From: Basidiobolus meristosporus CBS 931.73
Taxonomy: Eukaryota > Fungi > Basidiobolomycota
Assembly (NCBI GenBank): GCA_002104905.1
Contig: MCFE01000178.1
Span: forward strand, 1 to 64,000
Length of the DNA stretch: 64,000 nucleotides
Reading direction: 5' to 3'
In this document: piece by piece, positions 48,970-61,600 of the stretch
Numbering within the stretch: position 1 is the stretch's first letter
Layout of the letters: every line of letters begins with the position of its first letter
Notes under the pieces: generated by a model
Told to the model about the DNA's origin: nothing
The model's database searches: none
Seen by the model: only the letters and a program-made list of their open reading frames with translations
Translations under genes and position numbers: made by a program

Positions 48970-51900
48970 TATTGAATAAGAATGCAAGAAGAAAGGACTT
49001 TGCTTCAATTGCCACCAGCAGGGACATATTGCAAAGTACTGCCCTCAGAGAAGAAATGGACACCAGCCATCAAGAACCTTTAACTGTATTGAGGCCATGG
49101 AGCATAGTAACATGAAGGATGAACTTGAAGAAGACTCAGAACTCACCTTCCACATGTCAGAAGAATACCTATCCCAGATGACCTCAAACTCAGGAAAGCT
49201 ATTATACTTGAATGGAGTAATTAATGGAGTACCTGCCAAGATCATGATTGACTCAGGAACATTGCATGAGTACATGTCAGAGCAATTTGCCTTGAAAGCT
49301 GGAATCAACTTGGAACCTACCAAATCAACTTCTGTCTCAACAGCTGATGTGAACTCTCACATAATCAACCGTATTACCCAGCCAGTAAGAATGAAGATCA
49401 ATGACTATGAAGAAGACCTATAGGCCTATATATTTGGGAACTGCAAGTTTGACCTTGTACTTGGAAAAACCTGGCTATTTTGTTGTAATCCATCAATCAA
49501 CTGGAGAACCCATGCTACTCAGATCCAAAAGGACAACAAGACCTATGAGCTATTGCCGTCAGGCTGGATTTCAACTTGGTCAATTCCAATATGTGTGAGA
49601 TAAGTGAACTTAGCAAGACCCAGTTCTGTAGAGCACTTAGAGAAGGTACTTAGATGTTCCTCATGGCAGTGTTACAGTGATATTCCTCTACCCAGCACCC
49701 CAGCAGGTCCAGACTCACTTGAAGAAGTACTCACATGTGTTTCCAGATGAGCTTGTAAGCCTACCACCAGTCAGAGACTTGGATCATGCCATTGACACAG
49801 GAGATAGCCCTCCAGTAAGCAAGACACCTTACAGAATGAGTCCATTGGAATTGGAGGAAATGAAGAGACAAATTGATCAGCTGTTGGAGCAAGGATATAT
49901 CAGGCTCAGCAAGTCACCCTGTGGAGCACCAGTGCTTTTTGTGAAAAAGGAGGATGGAACACTTAGGATGTGCATTGACTACAGATGTCATGATCACATG
50001 ACAACCATGAACACCCATGCCAAGTTTCAGCTTCCTAGCTCAATTTCTAAGAGATTCCTTCTGGAACCTTCTACCACCTTCCAGAAAGTTCCTGACCATT
50101 CCAAACCATTGTTACACAATGGAACATTCCATGGAAGCTTTCCATTGTATTTTTTATAGTCCAGTACCATATATGGAAATACCAGGTCACATGACTTAGT
50201 CACATGATCAGGTGACCCAATCTATTTCCCCATCCTGTCTCAGTGCCGTGTCACCTATGTCATTATCCCCAGCACCATTGCTATGCCTCACCCCACAACC
50301 CCATTAGTATTAGCTAATATCTATTGGCATCAATATAGCCAAAAAGTATATATAGTCCTATCCCCCCTTAAGTATTCCTCAGTCTGATAAACACAGGTCT
50401 TGAATAAACAGCCTTGCCTTGAATCCTGCCTTGCCTTGATGGTCCACACCTAAGTCCTTTCCTGCCGTGCCTAGCTTTTACTCCTGCCTTGTGTCTATTC
50501 ATAACAACAGAGCCCTGAACTCAGTTACTGTCCAGAATAAGTACCCCATACCTCTTATTGATGAGCTTTTGGACCAACTTAATGGAGCTACTACTTTCAG
50601 CAAGATTGACCTCATGTCAGGATACAACCAGATTAGGGTGAAACCAGAAGATATCCCTAAGACAACATTCAGGACCAGATATGGACATTACAAGTACTTA
50701 GTGATGAGTTTTGGCCTCACTAATGCCCCTGCAACATTCATGATGCTGATGCAGACTGTCTTACAGGAGTACTTAGACAAGTTTGTGATAATCTACCTGG
50801 ATGACATATTGATATACAGCAAGACAGAAGAGGATCACTTGGTGCACATTGAAAAGGTCCTGAAGAAGCTAAGAGAGAGCAAGCTTTATGGCAAGCTACC
50901 CAAGTGTGAACTCTTCACAGAACACGTTGAATATCTGGGACACATAGTGGCTAGCTCAGGAGTAACCTTAGACCCCAAGAAGGTGGAGGTAATCAAGAAT
51001 CTGAAACAGCCCCATAGCATATCAGAGGTCAGATCATTCCTTGGAATGGTTTCCTATTATCGGAGATTTGTCAAGTTATTTGCAAGTATTGCAGCCCCTT
51101 TTACTGATATCCTCAAGAAAGATAATACCTCAAACGGGACATAGCATGTGAGACTGCCTTCCAGATGCTCAAGAATGAACTTGCTAACCTGCCAAGCTTG
51201 AGAATACCAGACTTCAGAAAAGAGTTCACTCTGTGCACATATGCTTCAGATTATGCAATTGGTGGAGTGCTGAGCCAAGAACACAAGGGAAAGGACTACC
51301 ATGTTGCCTTTGAATCCAAGAAACTGAACTCAGCAGAACAAAACTATCCAGTACATGAGAAGGAGATGCTTGCTATAATACACTGTTTGAGGACATGGAG
51401 ATGCTATATTGAAGGAGTCAAATGTACTGTGAAGACTGATCATTCCTCCCTCAAGTATATATTTACTCAGTAGGTACTCTCTAGAAGAATGCCAAGATGG
51501 AGTGAATACATTCAGCAATTTGACTTGGAGATTGTCTACTGCCCTGGAAAAAACAACACAGTGGCTGATGCCTTATCAAAATTAGTTCAAGTTGCACAAC
51601 TCAACTTGGTGCATGAATCAGATTGGCCTAGCCTATTATCAGAGTACTTGGAGGACCAAGCCATTCCTAATGAGGTGGATGAAGAGATAAAGAAGATAAT
51701 CCAGGAAGAAGCCAGCAAATTTGTTGTACAGGATGAAGCACTCTACCAAATTGTTGATGGAAGTCCTATTGCCGATTGTCCTTATGTTTCTTGCCTGGAT
51801 TTAATACATAAGCTGCACAATGGACATGAACATCTTGGAATCAAAGGAACCTATAGACTTGTCAGAGCCAGAGCATGGTGACCCAGAATGAAACAAGATA

Positions 51901-53267
51901 TTGAGAAGCTAGTGAAAACATGCCCAAACTACCAAATCAATCAAGGCCAGCCACAAAGAATTGCCAAACTCTTCCCTTTGGAGCCTGTAAGACTGTTTGA
52001 GAGATGGGGAATTGACTTTACTGGAAGACTGCCAACTACCAGGAAATGCAACCGTTGGATCCTAGTAGCAATTGACCATGCCACTAAATGGCCAGTTGCT
52101 ACAGCTGTACCAATAGCCAGTGAACAAGAAGTTGCAAGTTTCATTTACCATGAGATACTGATGAAGTTTTGATGACCTGTGGAGATCTTATCTGATAGAG
52201 GAGCAAACCTTATGGCAAAGACATTAGAGGCTTACCTGAAAATGCAGCAGATCAGACACCTGAAAACCTTGGCATGTCACCCCAGAGCTAATGGAGTCAC
52301 TGAGCGGTTTAATGGATTATTTGGAAAAATGCTGACCAAGTATGCAAATGGAGCTGTCAGTAGATGGGATGAGTATATAGACCAAGCACTCTTTGCATGC
52401 AGAATCAGAGTACACAACACCACCCAGCAATCACCATTTTACTTAGTGTATGGATGTGAACCAAGGATTCCAGGAGATCTCACACAACCCAAGCTTACAG
52501 ATGCCTTAGAAGATGAACTTAGTCAGCCAAGTAGAAACCAGGAACTGTAACAAAGACATCAAGAGGCACAGACCAAAGTATCTCAAAGTGCAGAAAAGAT
52601 GAAGCAGAGATTTGACAAGACTTTAGCACCAGAAGCATTAACAGTTGCAAACTTTGTATTGATAAGAAACAATACTTGGAAGAAGTTTGAGCCACAATGG
52701 ACAGGACCATTCAAGATCATCAGAGAATGTCCATTTGCAACTTACCAACTGGTGGACAAACAAGGTAATATCTGGGAAGACTTAGTGCATAGGGACAGAC
52801 TCAAGCTTGCAAGACTTGCTGATAATACTGAACCATCAAGATGTTGGTATCACAAGAAAAGAGATTCAGGAAAACCATCTCAACTTTAGTAGGGGAGAAT
52901 GTTATGATCTGCTGCTTGAATGTTTAAGTTAGATAAGTCTTTAGTCAAATCAATTAGTATATGATTAGGTTATCAATATATCAGTATTATCTATGAAATC
53001 AGTAGCATTAGTCAGCAAATGAATCAGCAGATCCTTATCAGACAGAAATAGATATATTAAGTAAGATCTTATTGGGTGATGATGATGCAATCAAATGAGT
53101 CATCAGCCACAACCTACATTAGGAAATACAGTTAGTCAGCAATTGATCTGGCAAAATGTATATAAGGAGCTGCTGGAATCTCAATAAAGATCAGTTCAAG
53201 TTTTAGTGAATACAATACTAGCTAAACTCCCTGTTCCTCTACAACTCTTATACCAAGACTTGCAACA
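48970..53267 (+). mobile_element. Ty3/Gypsy family B, 5'-truncated (gag zinc knuckle to 3' LTR 52900-53267)
   Basis: CFNCHQQGHIAKYCP; IMIDSGT; RT ORF 50467-51144 YLDDILIYS; RNase H; integrase WGIDF..ILSDRG..HPRANGVTERFN; PPT aggggagaa. Confidence 0.9.
49986..50506 (+). mobile_element. Solo LTR, family C, 5-bp TSD ACAGA, inserted in the Gypsy-B RT
   Basis: TG...CA, 521 bp; acaga on both flanks; splits CIDYR/ALNSV. Confidence 0.92.
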
Positions 53268-53846
53268 GAGCCACAATGGACAGGACCATTGAAGACCATT
53301 AGAGAATATCAATTTGCAACTTACCAACTGGTGGACAAACAAGCCAATATCTGGGAAGACTTAGTGTATAGGAACAGACTCAAGCTTGCAACACTTGCTG
53401 ATAACACTCTACCATCAGGATATTGGTATCACAAGAAAAGAGATTCAGGAGAACCCTCTCAACCTTAACATGGGAGAATGTTATTATCTGCCACTTGAAT
53501 GTTTAAGTTAGATCAGCTTTTAGTCAAATCAATTAGTATAAGTTTAGGTTATCAGTATATCAGTATTATCTATCAAATCAGTAGTATTAGTCAGAAAATG
53601 AATCAGCAGATCCTTATCAAACAGAAATAAATGTATTAGGTAGGATCTTATAGGGTGATGATGATGCAATCAAATGAGTCATCAGCCAAAACCTATATTA
53701 GGAAATACAGTTAGTCAGCAATTGATCTGGCAAAATGTATATAAGGAGCTGCTGGAATCTCAATAAAGATCAGTTGAAGTTTTTGTGAATACAATACTAG
53801 CTAAACTCCCTATTCCTCTACAACTCTTATATCAAGACTTGTAACA
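53268..53846 (+). repeat. Second Gypsy-B 3' end (integrase tail, PPT, LTR 53479-53846)
   Basis: Repeats 52689-53267 but with diagnostic differences. Confidence 0.9.
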
Positions 53847-54989
53847 GAAGCACTAGAGATGTTTAAGCACTTCAAGAACATGGCAGAAACACAAACTGGG
53901 TGTAGATTGAAGATACTACAAAGCAACAATGGAGGAGAATACTGTTAAAAGGAGTCTACAAAATACTGATCATCTACTGGTATACTTCAACCAACCACTG
54001 TTCCTCATACTCCATAGCAAGAAGGAGTAGCAGAACATGCAAATAGAATAACAGTAGAGATAGTAAGATCTATGCCACATGATACGGCAATGGACTACAG
54101 GTTTTGGGCTGAATTTGTTACTACCATGGTATAAAACAAGAACAGATGCCTAACAATAGCACTACAAGATTCTACAACCTTTGAAGCATACACAGGCAAA
54201 AAACCAGGTCTCCAACACCTCAAAATCTTTGGCAGTGATGTTTTTTATCACATCCCTGACAAAAATGCTCAAAGTTGGAATCACAGAGTAGGAAAGGGAT
54301 CTTTCTTGGGTATTGTGAAGATACTAAAGGGTATAGAGTGTATGATGGCAAAATTCAGAAGCTGGTCAAGTGCTAGGACACTGTATTTGAGGAGGATTCA
54401 GATAACAAAGCCACTGAAGATACGTACCTAACTCAGCCAGATGCGGATGATAATTCTACCAGTTCCAGATCAGAGCAGATTATCCCAGTTAGGATATCTA
54501 CCAGAATAAGAAATGCCCCTGGATCCTGGTGGCAGACATCCAATGATCATGAAGAAGCTTATCTTGCCTTATGTGCCAAACCTCAAAATCTGGAGCAAGC
54601 AATGCAAAGTCCATATGCTACTATGTGGCAACTAGCCATGCAGGAGGAGTACCAATCACTGCTAAAGGAAAAAATGTTGGAACTGGTAGATTTACCTAAT
54701 GGGAGAAAGCCAATAGGATATAGAGAGGTCTACAAGATCAAGATAACTACAAATGGAGCTATTGATAAGTACAAGGCTAGATTGGTGGCTAAACGCTATT
54801 CCCAGTTTTGGGGACTAGACATTAAGGAAACATTTGCTCAGGTGGCCAAGTTTAACTCAATTGGGACAGTTCTGGCTTGGCAGCTGTACACAGTCTAGAT
54901 CCACACCAAATGGACGTCAAAACAGCCTTTCCAGATGGGATTTGCAAGAAACTATATATATGGAGCAACCAGAAGGTTTTAACAATCCA

Positions 54990-57900
54990 AAAGACCCCCA
55001 CTATTGAGTGCAATGATGAAGAGTGTGCTAATACTCAAGAGGATGTTAGAAGTCTAGTACACCAACACCTTAAGGCCAATCAGAATGCTCTTGACTTGAT
55101 CCATGAGCATTATCCTGTATTCAAACATGCAAACAGATTTTGTGCCCTCATTGGTATGCTAAAGAGTATCTCAAGAGTAGCAGAAGCTATCAATGGCAGA
55201 AGCTACCAATGGCAGAAAAGCAAGAGCACCATATAGTCTTTGAAGCATAATCACAGTGCTCAAGGATAAACCCCACAGAAAAACCCATCACAGTATGGCA
55301 GGGAGAAGCTGCAGTGCTAATACCAAAGCCTAAATATCAATAGACTCTGAAGCTGTTGAGTGCAATGATGAAGAGTGGGCTAATACTCAAGAGGCTGTTA
55401 AAAGTCTAGCATACCAATTCCTTAAGGCCAAGTAGAATGCTCTTTACTTAATCAATTAGCATTATCCTGGACTCAAACAAGCAAACAGATTGGAGGCCTG
55501 CATTGATATGCCAAGAGAGTATCCCAAGAATAGCAGAAGCTACCAGTGGAAGAACAAGGGTTTCATGTCTGAAAAGCAGTGGCTTCCTCAAGATCCCAAC
55601 ACAAGCAGGGTCAAAGGCTCCAAACAACCACTAATGAGACATCAGGTAGGCAAGATAGTGCCCATAAGGCAAAAGCAGGCAGACACAGATGCATCAGCTC
55701 AACTCTTCAAGGAAAAATCATAGATACAACCAGGTAGCACTCATTCATAGTAGCAGTCAAGAACCTGGCAGTGAAAAGTACCAATAGCTGCCACAGGAGC
55801 CTGTTACAGCATGGGTTGAGAGCTCAAAACAAGCAGAAAAGAAGCTTCAGGTTGTCAGCAGAGTGCCTGCAAGGGACAAGCTGGCCACAACAACTACATC
55901 AGGGCAGCATTTATCAGGGAGAAAACATAGTTCAATACAAAAAGCTCTCAGACAAAGTAGCAGTGAAAGGCCTGACAGTGATAAAGTATAAGGTAAAGGG
56001 AAAATGTCTACCTAAGTCAGAGACAGGGGAGTATGAGAGAAAAGTTGCGTTCCTTACAATTGACTCTGTTGGCCTTGAACAAGCTGAATTCCATGTAGCC
56101 AAGAAGAATTACTATTAAGAAAGCAGCTGTTTTCACAAGTGCTGGAAGCACAGCAGTTGAGCTACACTCCTGTGTAGTAGATGAGTTAGCATTTGTCTAC
56201 CACAGCCTCCATATCTTCTATTGCTGCCAGAGGGGATATCTCACCAACAGACAAAGTAGCAATGTCAATTACTGAATAATTTTTGTAATGCCTCAGTGGA
56301 GCTTGCAAACATTAATAGGCACATCAAGAGGTTGTAGCACTTCTTCTAGAGCAGTGCTCAAGAAAATGCTCCTGAATATTGTAGGGATTTATTGCAAAGA
56401 CTGACAGTTGATGTCCTGGACCTTGCAGTGCCAGCTGAACACCAGGACATATGGAAACCAGTGAATGAGCATTGGCATAAAGCTCTAGGGTTCCAGGCAA
56501 TCTCATGGCAATGGAGCATTACAGCAGGAATACTTATTGAGTGGTGGATTTCAATGGAGTTTCTTGTTGAGTGTGGAGTTTGGCTTAATGTTAATGTAGG
56601 GTATAGGGCCTTGCATAGGTCAATATAATTGGCAATTGGGGTACAACTGAAGTTTCAGAGAAAATAAATCAGTTTGAATACATGAGAAGTAAGATAAGCA
56701 GTCAAGTCAGGAAGTAAGAAGTGTGAAAAAGAGGCAATAGCTATTAATGAACACAAATGTAGGAGGTGATGGATTGTCAAGGATCAGAGCGCTGTAGTGG
56801 GGTGACAGTGACACCCACTGACAGATGTGCTCATTCCCTCATTTTCTACTTCACTATATCTCTACTACATTTATTTTAGTTTTATCCCATTTGTCTTACC
56901 CAATCAGTACAATCCCATAAGCTGGTTGACCATCACACCTGCTTACCTTATTGCATAAGTTACCCCTCACTTTATGTAGATTACTAGCTGTAAGTGCTTC
57001 TATATTAGGCAAGTACCCGCCCCATTACCCATGACACATGATCAACCCGTGTCACCATCCCTACCATTTCCATACCATATATGGTATCCCTATGTTACAC
57101 AGGTTTCAGAATACTGATTCCTGGTTGGTTGGATGTGCTGTGCCTCTTAGAACCTTCTGGCACCTACTTACAACATTCTTAGGTCATTCTGATGTCATTC
57201 AGATTTCTATTGATATCCGGAACCTTCTGGAACACCATGATTAGTAATCACTTAGCCAGTAAGAAAAGTATATAAGGGAGGCTATCCCTCAACAATAAAT
57301 CATCATCCCTTTTATCAATATTCCGACTTGTTGATTAGTGTGATCACTGCTACCTGCTGCCACCTGAACTTCCAACCCCAGACCACAGGACGCTCCCAGG
57401 AAACCGCGCTGACAACCAACTGACCTTGGAGGCACTACTTGTGAGGAATACTCAGAGTTGGTATCTTTTATTATATTTGAATCTTTCCCAAGTTTGTTCT
57501 TGTACAGGCAAAGATACTTTTCTGTCTTTGTAACTATTGATCACAGCTGCATTCTTATCAAGTCCCTGCAGGTGGAGTTTACAGTTGTTTTGACTTTGGA
57601 AGCTTTAGTACATTGTCATTTCAAAGGACGCTGAACCCAGCACATACTTTTGTTAAGACGCCAACTAAGTTGGGGATTGTAGCTCATTAGTTTTCCCTTG
57701 ACAAGCTTGTGGCTTTATTCCTCTTCACATTAGATTAGAGACAGAACCGAAGTATTCCTAGCAAGCTTTTGTCAGAGGTTATTGCACCCAGTGAACACCC
57801 CACACACAGAACACTTGAGAAGTGTTGGATGTATCTCTCCCTTTGACTTATACACCACCACAGCGCATGAGAACTTGCAGAGAACCAATCAAAGGCAACT

Positions 57901-58069
57901 GTTGCTACAATGTGATGAAGAATTTTGATTAAGTCTTTTGTTGGATTTGGGGTGCAATTTATTTGACAGTTTTAGCATGGTGTCTTGATGGGAAGTATAC
58001 CTCTTAGTTGAAGTACTTTTAATATATGATGGGCCTTTGATGGAATCATCACTTCAATTTCTCATAGGC
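54990..58069 (-). mobile_element. CMC copy in reverse orientation: partner gene (+, W-rich domain duplicated) running out to the TIR at 58069
   Basis: ORFs 54877-55236, 55490-55723 and 55771-56118; 57870-58069 is the rc of 43299-43500, ending aatttctcatagg. Confidence 0.7.
56793..57862 (+). mobile_element. Solo LTR, family D, 4-bp TSD GCGC
   Basis: TGTAGTGGGG...CCACCACA, 1070 bp; TATA gtatataagg at ~57267; aataaa at ~57295; gcgc on both flanks. Confidence 0.92.
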
Positions 58070-58179
58070 AGCACCTAGGAAGCTCAAAAAGCCAAGCTTT
58101 GACAGTAGAGATGTAGTGATAGAGACACCAGCAGTTAGGACCCAAAGGGTATTGCACCTATCAGTTACCTCACACTCCT

Positions 58180-58480
58180 TAAGTTGTGTAGCTTCTCCCA
58201 GGTGTATTCTACACCACCACATTGCCAATAAATAATCTATTAGCTGCAATGGGTAGGACCACAACATCTTGGTGTATAATCAGGTTACTAAGCTAGATGG
58301 GGCAATTAGGTACTACACTTACTTTTGTGTCTAATTGGTCATTTTCTAGCTGTACTCAAATGGTGCTGTTGGGCACTATACCTATATTTAGGTGTTTTGC
58401 TAACAATTTGAACTGATCAAGATAGAGAATCTGTATAAATGGGGGCAAGAAACTCCTTGCTCTTTGTAAGTACCTTTACA
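58180..58480 (-). pseudogene. Old retroviral-type aspartic protease remnant
   Basis: APIYTDS (possibly decayed ALIDTGS), then after a frameshift LAKHLNIGIV..VQLEN..VVPNCPI.L..L..HQDVVVLP...LFIG. Confidence 0.4.
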
Positions 58481-58663
58481 TTTGGCTTTTGTAAGACCAT
58501 CAGGTGGACATGGAAGGTTGCACTTTCCTTTAATACCTCAGAAATTTTTTTTACTAGAGCTGGGGCAAGTCCCAGTAAATTGGTTTGTGCCAAGGTTGCC
58601 TTGATTTGCTCTAGTACTGGCATTATGAGAAATAGGCCATGAGAAGACACACTTGCATTCTTG

Positions 58664-61600
58664 AGACCTGCTCAGCTATATAATACCATATAAAGCCAGC
58701 ATGTTTATAGCACTGGATTGATCTGGTACTCTACCTCCAACCAGGATGCCAGTGGTGGGGTACAGTTACTATTAGCTTTACTCAATCTTGCCTATGTTGC
58801 TCAGAACAGTGTCTTTCTTGCTTTTTTACTCTTCATTATGCTGTAGACAAATTTCTCTACTTGGATGTCAACTTGTATGGATGTTACAAGTCTTGGTATA
58901 TGAGTTGTAGAGGAATAGGGAGTTTAGCTAGTATTGTATTCACTAAAACTTCAACTGATCTTTATTGAGATTCCAGCAGCTCCTTATATAACTTTGCCCG
59001 ATCAATTGCTAACTAGTTGTATTTCCCAATGTAGGCTGTGGCTGATGACTCATTTAATTGCATCATCATCACCCAATAAGATCTTACCTAATATATTTAC
59101 TTCTGTCTGATAAGGATCTGCTGATTCATTTGCTGACTAATGCTACTGATTTGATAGATAATACCGGTACACCAATAACCTAGACATTTGACTAATTAAT
59201 TTTACTAAAAACTGATCTAACTTAAACATCCAAGTGGCAGATCATAACATTCTCCCCTACTAAAGTTGAGAGAGTTCTCATGAATCTCTTTTCTTATGAT
59301 ACCAATATCCTTATGGTAGAGTATTATCAGCAAGTCTTGCAAGCTTGAGTCTGTCCCTATGCACTAAGTCTTCCCAGATATTGGCTTGTTTGTCCACCAG
59401 TTGGTAAGTTGCAAATGAACATTCTCTGATGATCTTGAATGGTCCTGTCCATTGTGGCTCAAACTTCTTCCTAGTGTTGTTTCTTAGCAATACAAAGTTC
59501 CCCACTGTCAATGCTTCTGGTGCTATAGTCTTATCAAATCTCTGCTTCATCTTTTCTGCACCTTGAGATACTTTGGTCTGTGCCTCCTGACATCTTTGTT
59601 CCAGTTGCTAGTGTCTACTTGGCTAACTGAGTTCATCTTCTAAGGCTTCTGTAAGCTTGGGTTGTGTGAGATCTCCTGGAATCCTTGGTTCACATCCATA
59701 CACTAAGTAAAATGGCAATTGCTGGGTGGTGTTGTGTACTCTGACTCTGTATGCAAAGAGTGCTTGGTCTATATAATCATCCCATCTACTGACAACTCCA
59801 TTTGCATACTTGGTCAGCATTTTTCCAAATAATCCATCAAACCATTCAGTGACTCCATTAGTTCTGGGGTGATATGCCAAGGTTTTCAAGTGTTTGATTT
59901 GCTGCATTTCCAGGTAAGCTTCCAATATCTTTGCCACAAAGTTTGCACCACTATTGGATAGAGTCTCTACAGGGCATCCAAACTTCAATAAAGATCTCAT
60001 GGTAGATGAATCTTGCAAGTTCTTGCTCACTGGCTATTGGCACAGCTTTAGCCACTAGCCATTTAGTGGCATGGTCAATTGCTACTAGGATCTAACAGTT
60101 GCATTTCCTGATAGTTGGCAGTCTTCCAATAAAGTCAATTCTCCATCTTTCAAATTGTCTTAAAGGCTCCAACAGAAAGAGTTGAGCAGTTCTCTGTGGT
60201 TGGCCCTGGCTGATTTGGCAATTTGGGCATGCTTTCACTAGCTTCTCAATGTCATGTTTTATTCTGGGCCACCATGCCCTGGCATCCACAAGGCTATAGG
60301 TTCCTTGAATTCTAAGATGTCCATATCCATTGTGTAGCTGATGGATTAAATCCAGGTGAGGAACATAAGGGCAATAGGCAATAGGGCTTCCATCAACAAT
60401 TTGGTAGAGTGTTTCATCCTGTACTACAAATTTGCTGGCCTCATCCCGGAATATCTTCTTGATATCTTCATCCACCTCATTAGGAATGGCTTGGCCCTCC
60501 AAGTACTTTGGTAATGGGCTAAGCCAATCTGATTCATGTGCCAAGTTGAGTTGTGCAACCTGATCTAATCAGGAGAAGGCATCAGCAACTGTGTTGTTTT
60601 TTCCAGCGCTGTAGACAATCTCCAAGTCAAGTTGCTGAATGTATTCACTCCATCTTGTCATTCTTCTAGAGAGTACCTTCTGAGTAAACATATACTTGAG
60701 GGAGGCATGATCAGGCTTTACAGTGCATTTGACTCCTTCAATATAGCATCTCCATCTCTTCAAACAGTGTATTATAGCAAGCATTGCCTTCTCATGCACT
60801 GGTTAGTTTTGTTCTGCTGAGTTCAGTTTCTTGGATTCAAACGCAAAAGGGAAGTTCTTTCCCTTGTGTTCTTGGCTAAACACTCCACCAATTGAATAAT
60901 CAGAAGCATATGTGCACAGAGTAAACTCTTTTCTGAAGTCAGGTATTCTTAAGCTTGGCAGCAAAGCAAGTTCATTCTTGAGTGTCTGGAAGGCAGTTTC
61001 ATAAGCTATGTCCCTCTTGTAGGTATTCTCTTTCTTGAGGATATCAGTTAAAGGGGCTGCAATACTTGAAAAGTACTTGACAAATCTCTAATAATAAGAA
61101 ACCATTCCAAGGAATGATCTGAGCTCTAATATGCTATGGGGATGCTTCAGATTCTTGATAACTTCAACCTTCTTAGGGTCTAAGGTTACTCCTGTGCCAG
61201 TCACTATGTGTCCCAGATATTCAGCATGTTCCTTGAAGAATTCACACTTGGGTAGCTGCCATAAAGCTTGTTCTCTCTTAGCTTCTTCAAGACCTTTTCA
61301 ATGTGCACCAAGTGATCCTCTTCTATCTTGCTGTGTATCAATATATCACCAAGGTAAATTATGACAAACTTGTCTAAGTACTCTTGGAACACAGTCTGCA
61401 TCAGGGTCATGAATGTTGCAGGGGCATTGGTGAGGCCAAAACTCATGACTAAGTTCCTGTAATATCCATATCTGGTCCTCAATGCTCTCTTAGGGATGTC
61501 TTCTGGCTGCACCCTAATCTGGTTGTATCCTGACATGAGGTCAATCTTGCTTGAAATAGTGGCTACATTGAGTTAGTCCAAGAGCTCATCAATCCAAGGT

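Larger units (their letters stand above)
47700..54985 (+). mobile_element. Ty1/Copia remnant without LTRs, split by Gypsy-B (47700-48965 and 53847-54985)
   Basis: Gag UBN2-like ORF 47986-48189; CNYCKKPAHWAREC; protease YFDSGAS; WPRLGH pre-integrase motif; integrase LQSNNGGEY; RT YKARLVAK..HQMDVKTAF; Copia order PR-IN-RT. Confidence 0.85.

Noticed and set aside
56793-56825. Hairpin at the 5' end of LTR-D (gtggggtgacagtgacacccac)
   Set aside because: Short and imperfect, with variable pairing between copies; I cannot support a function.
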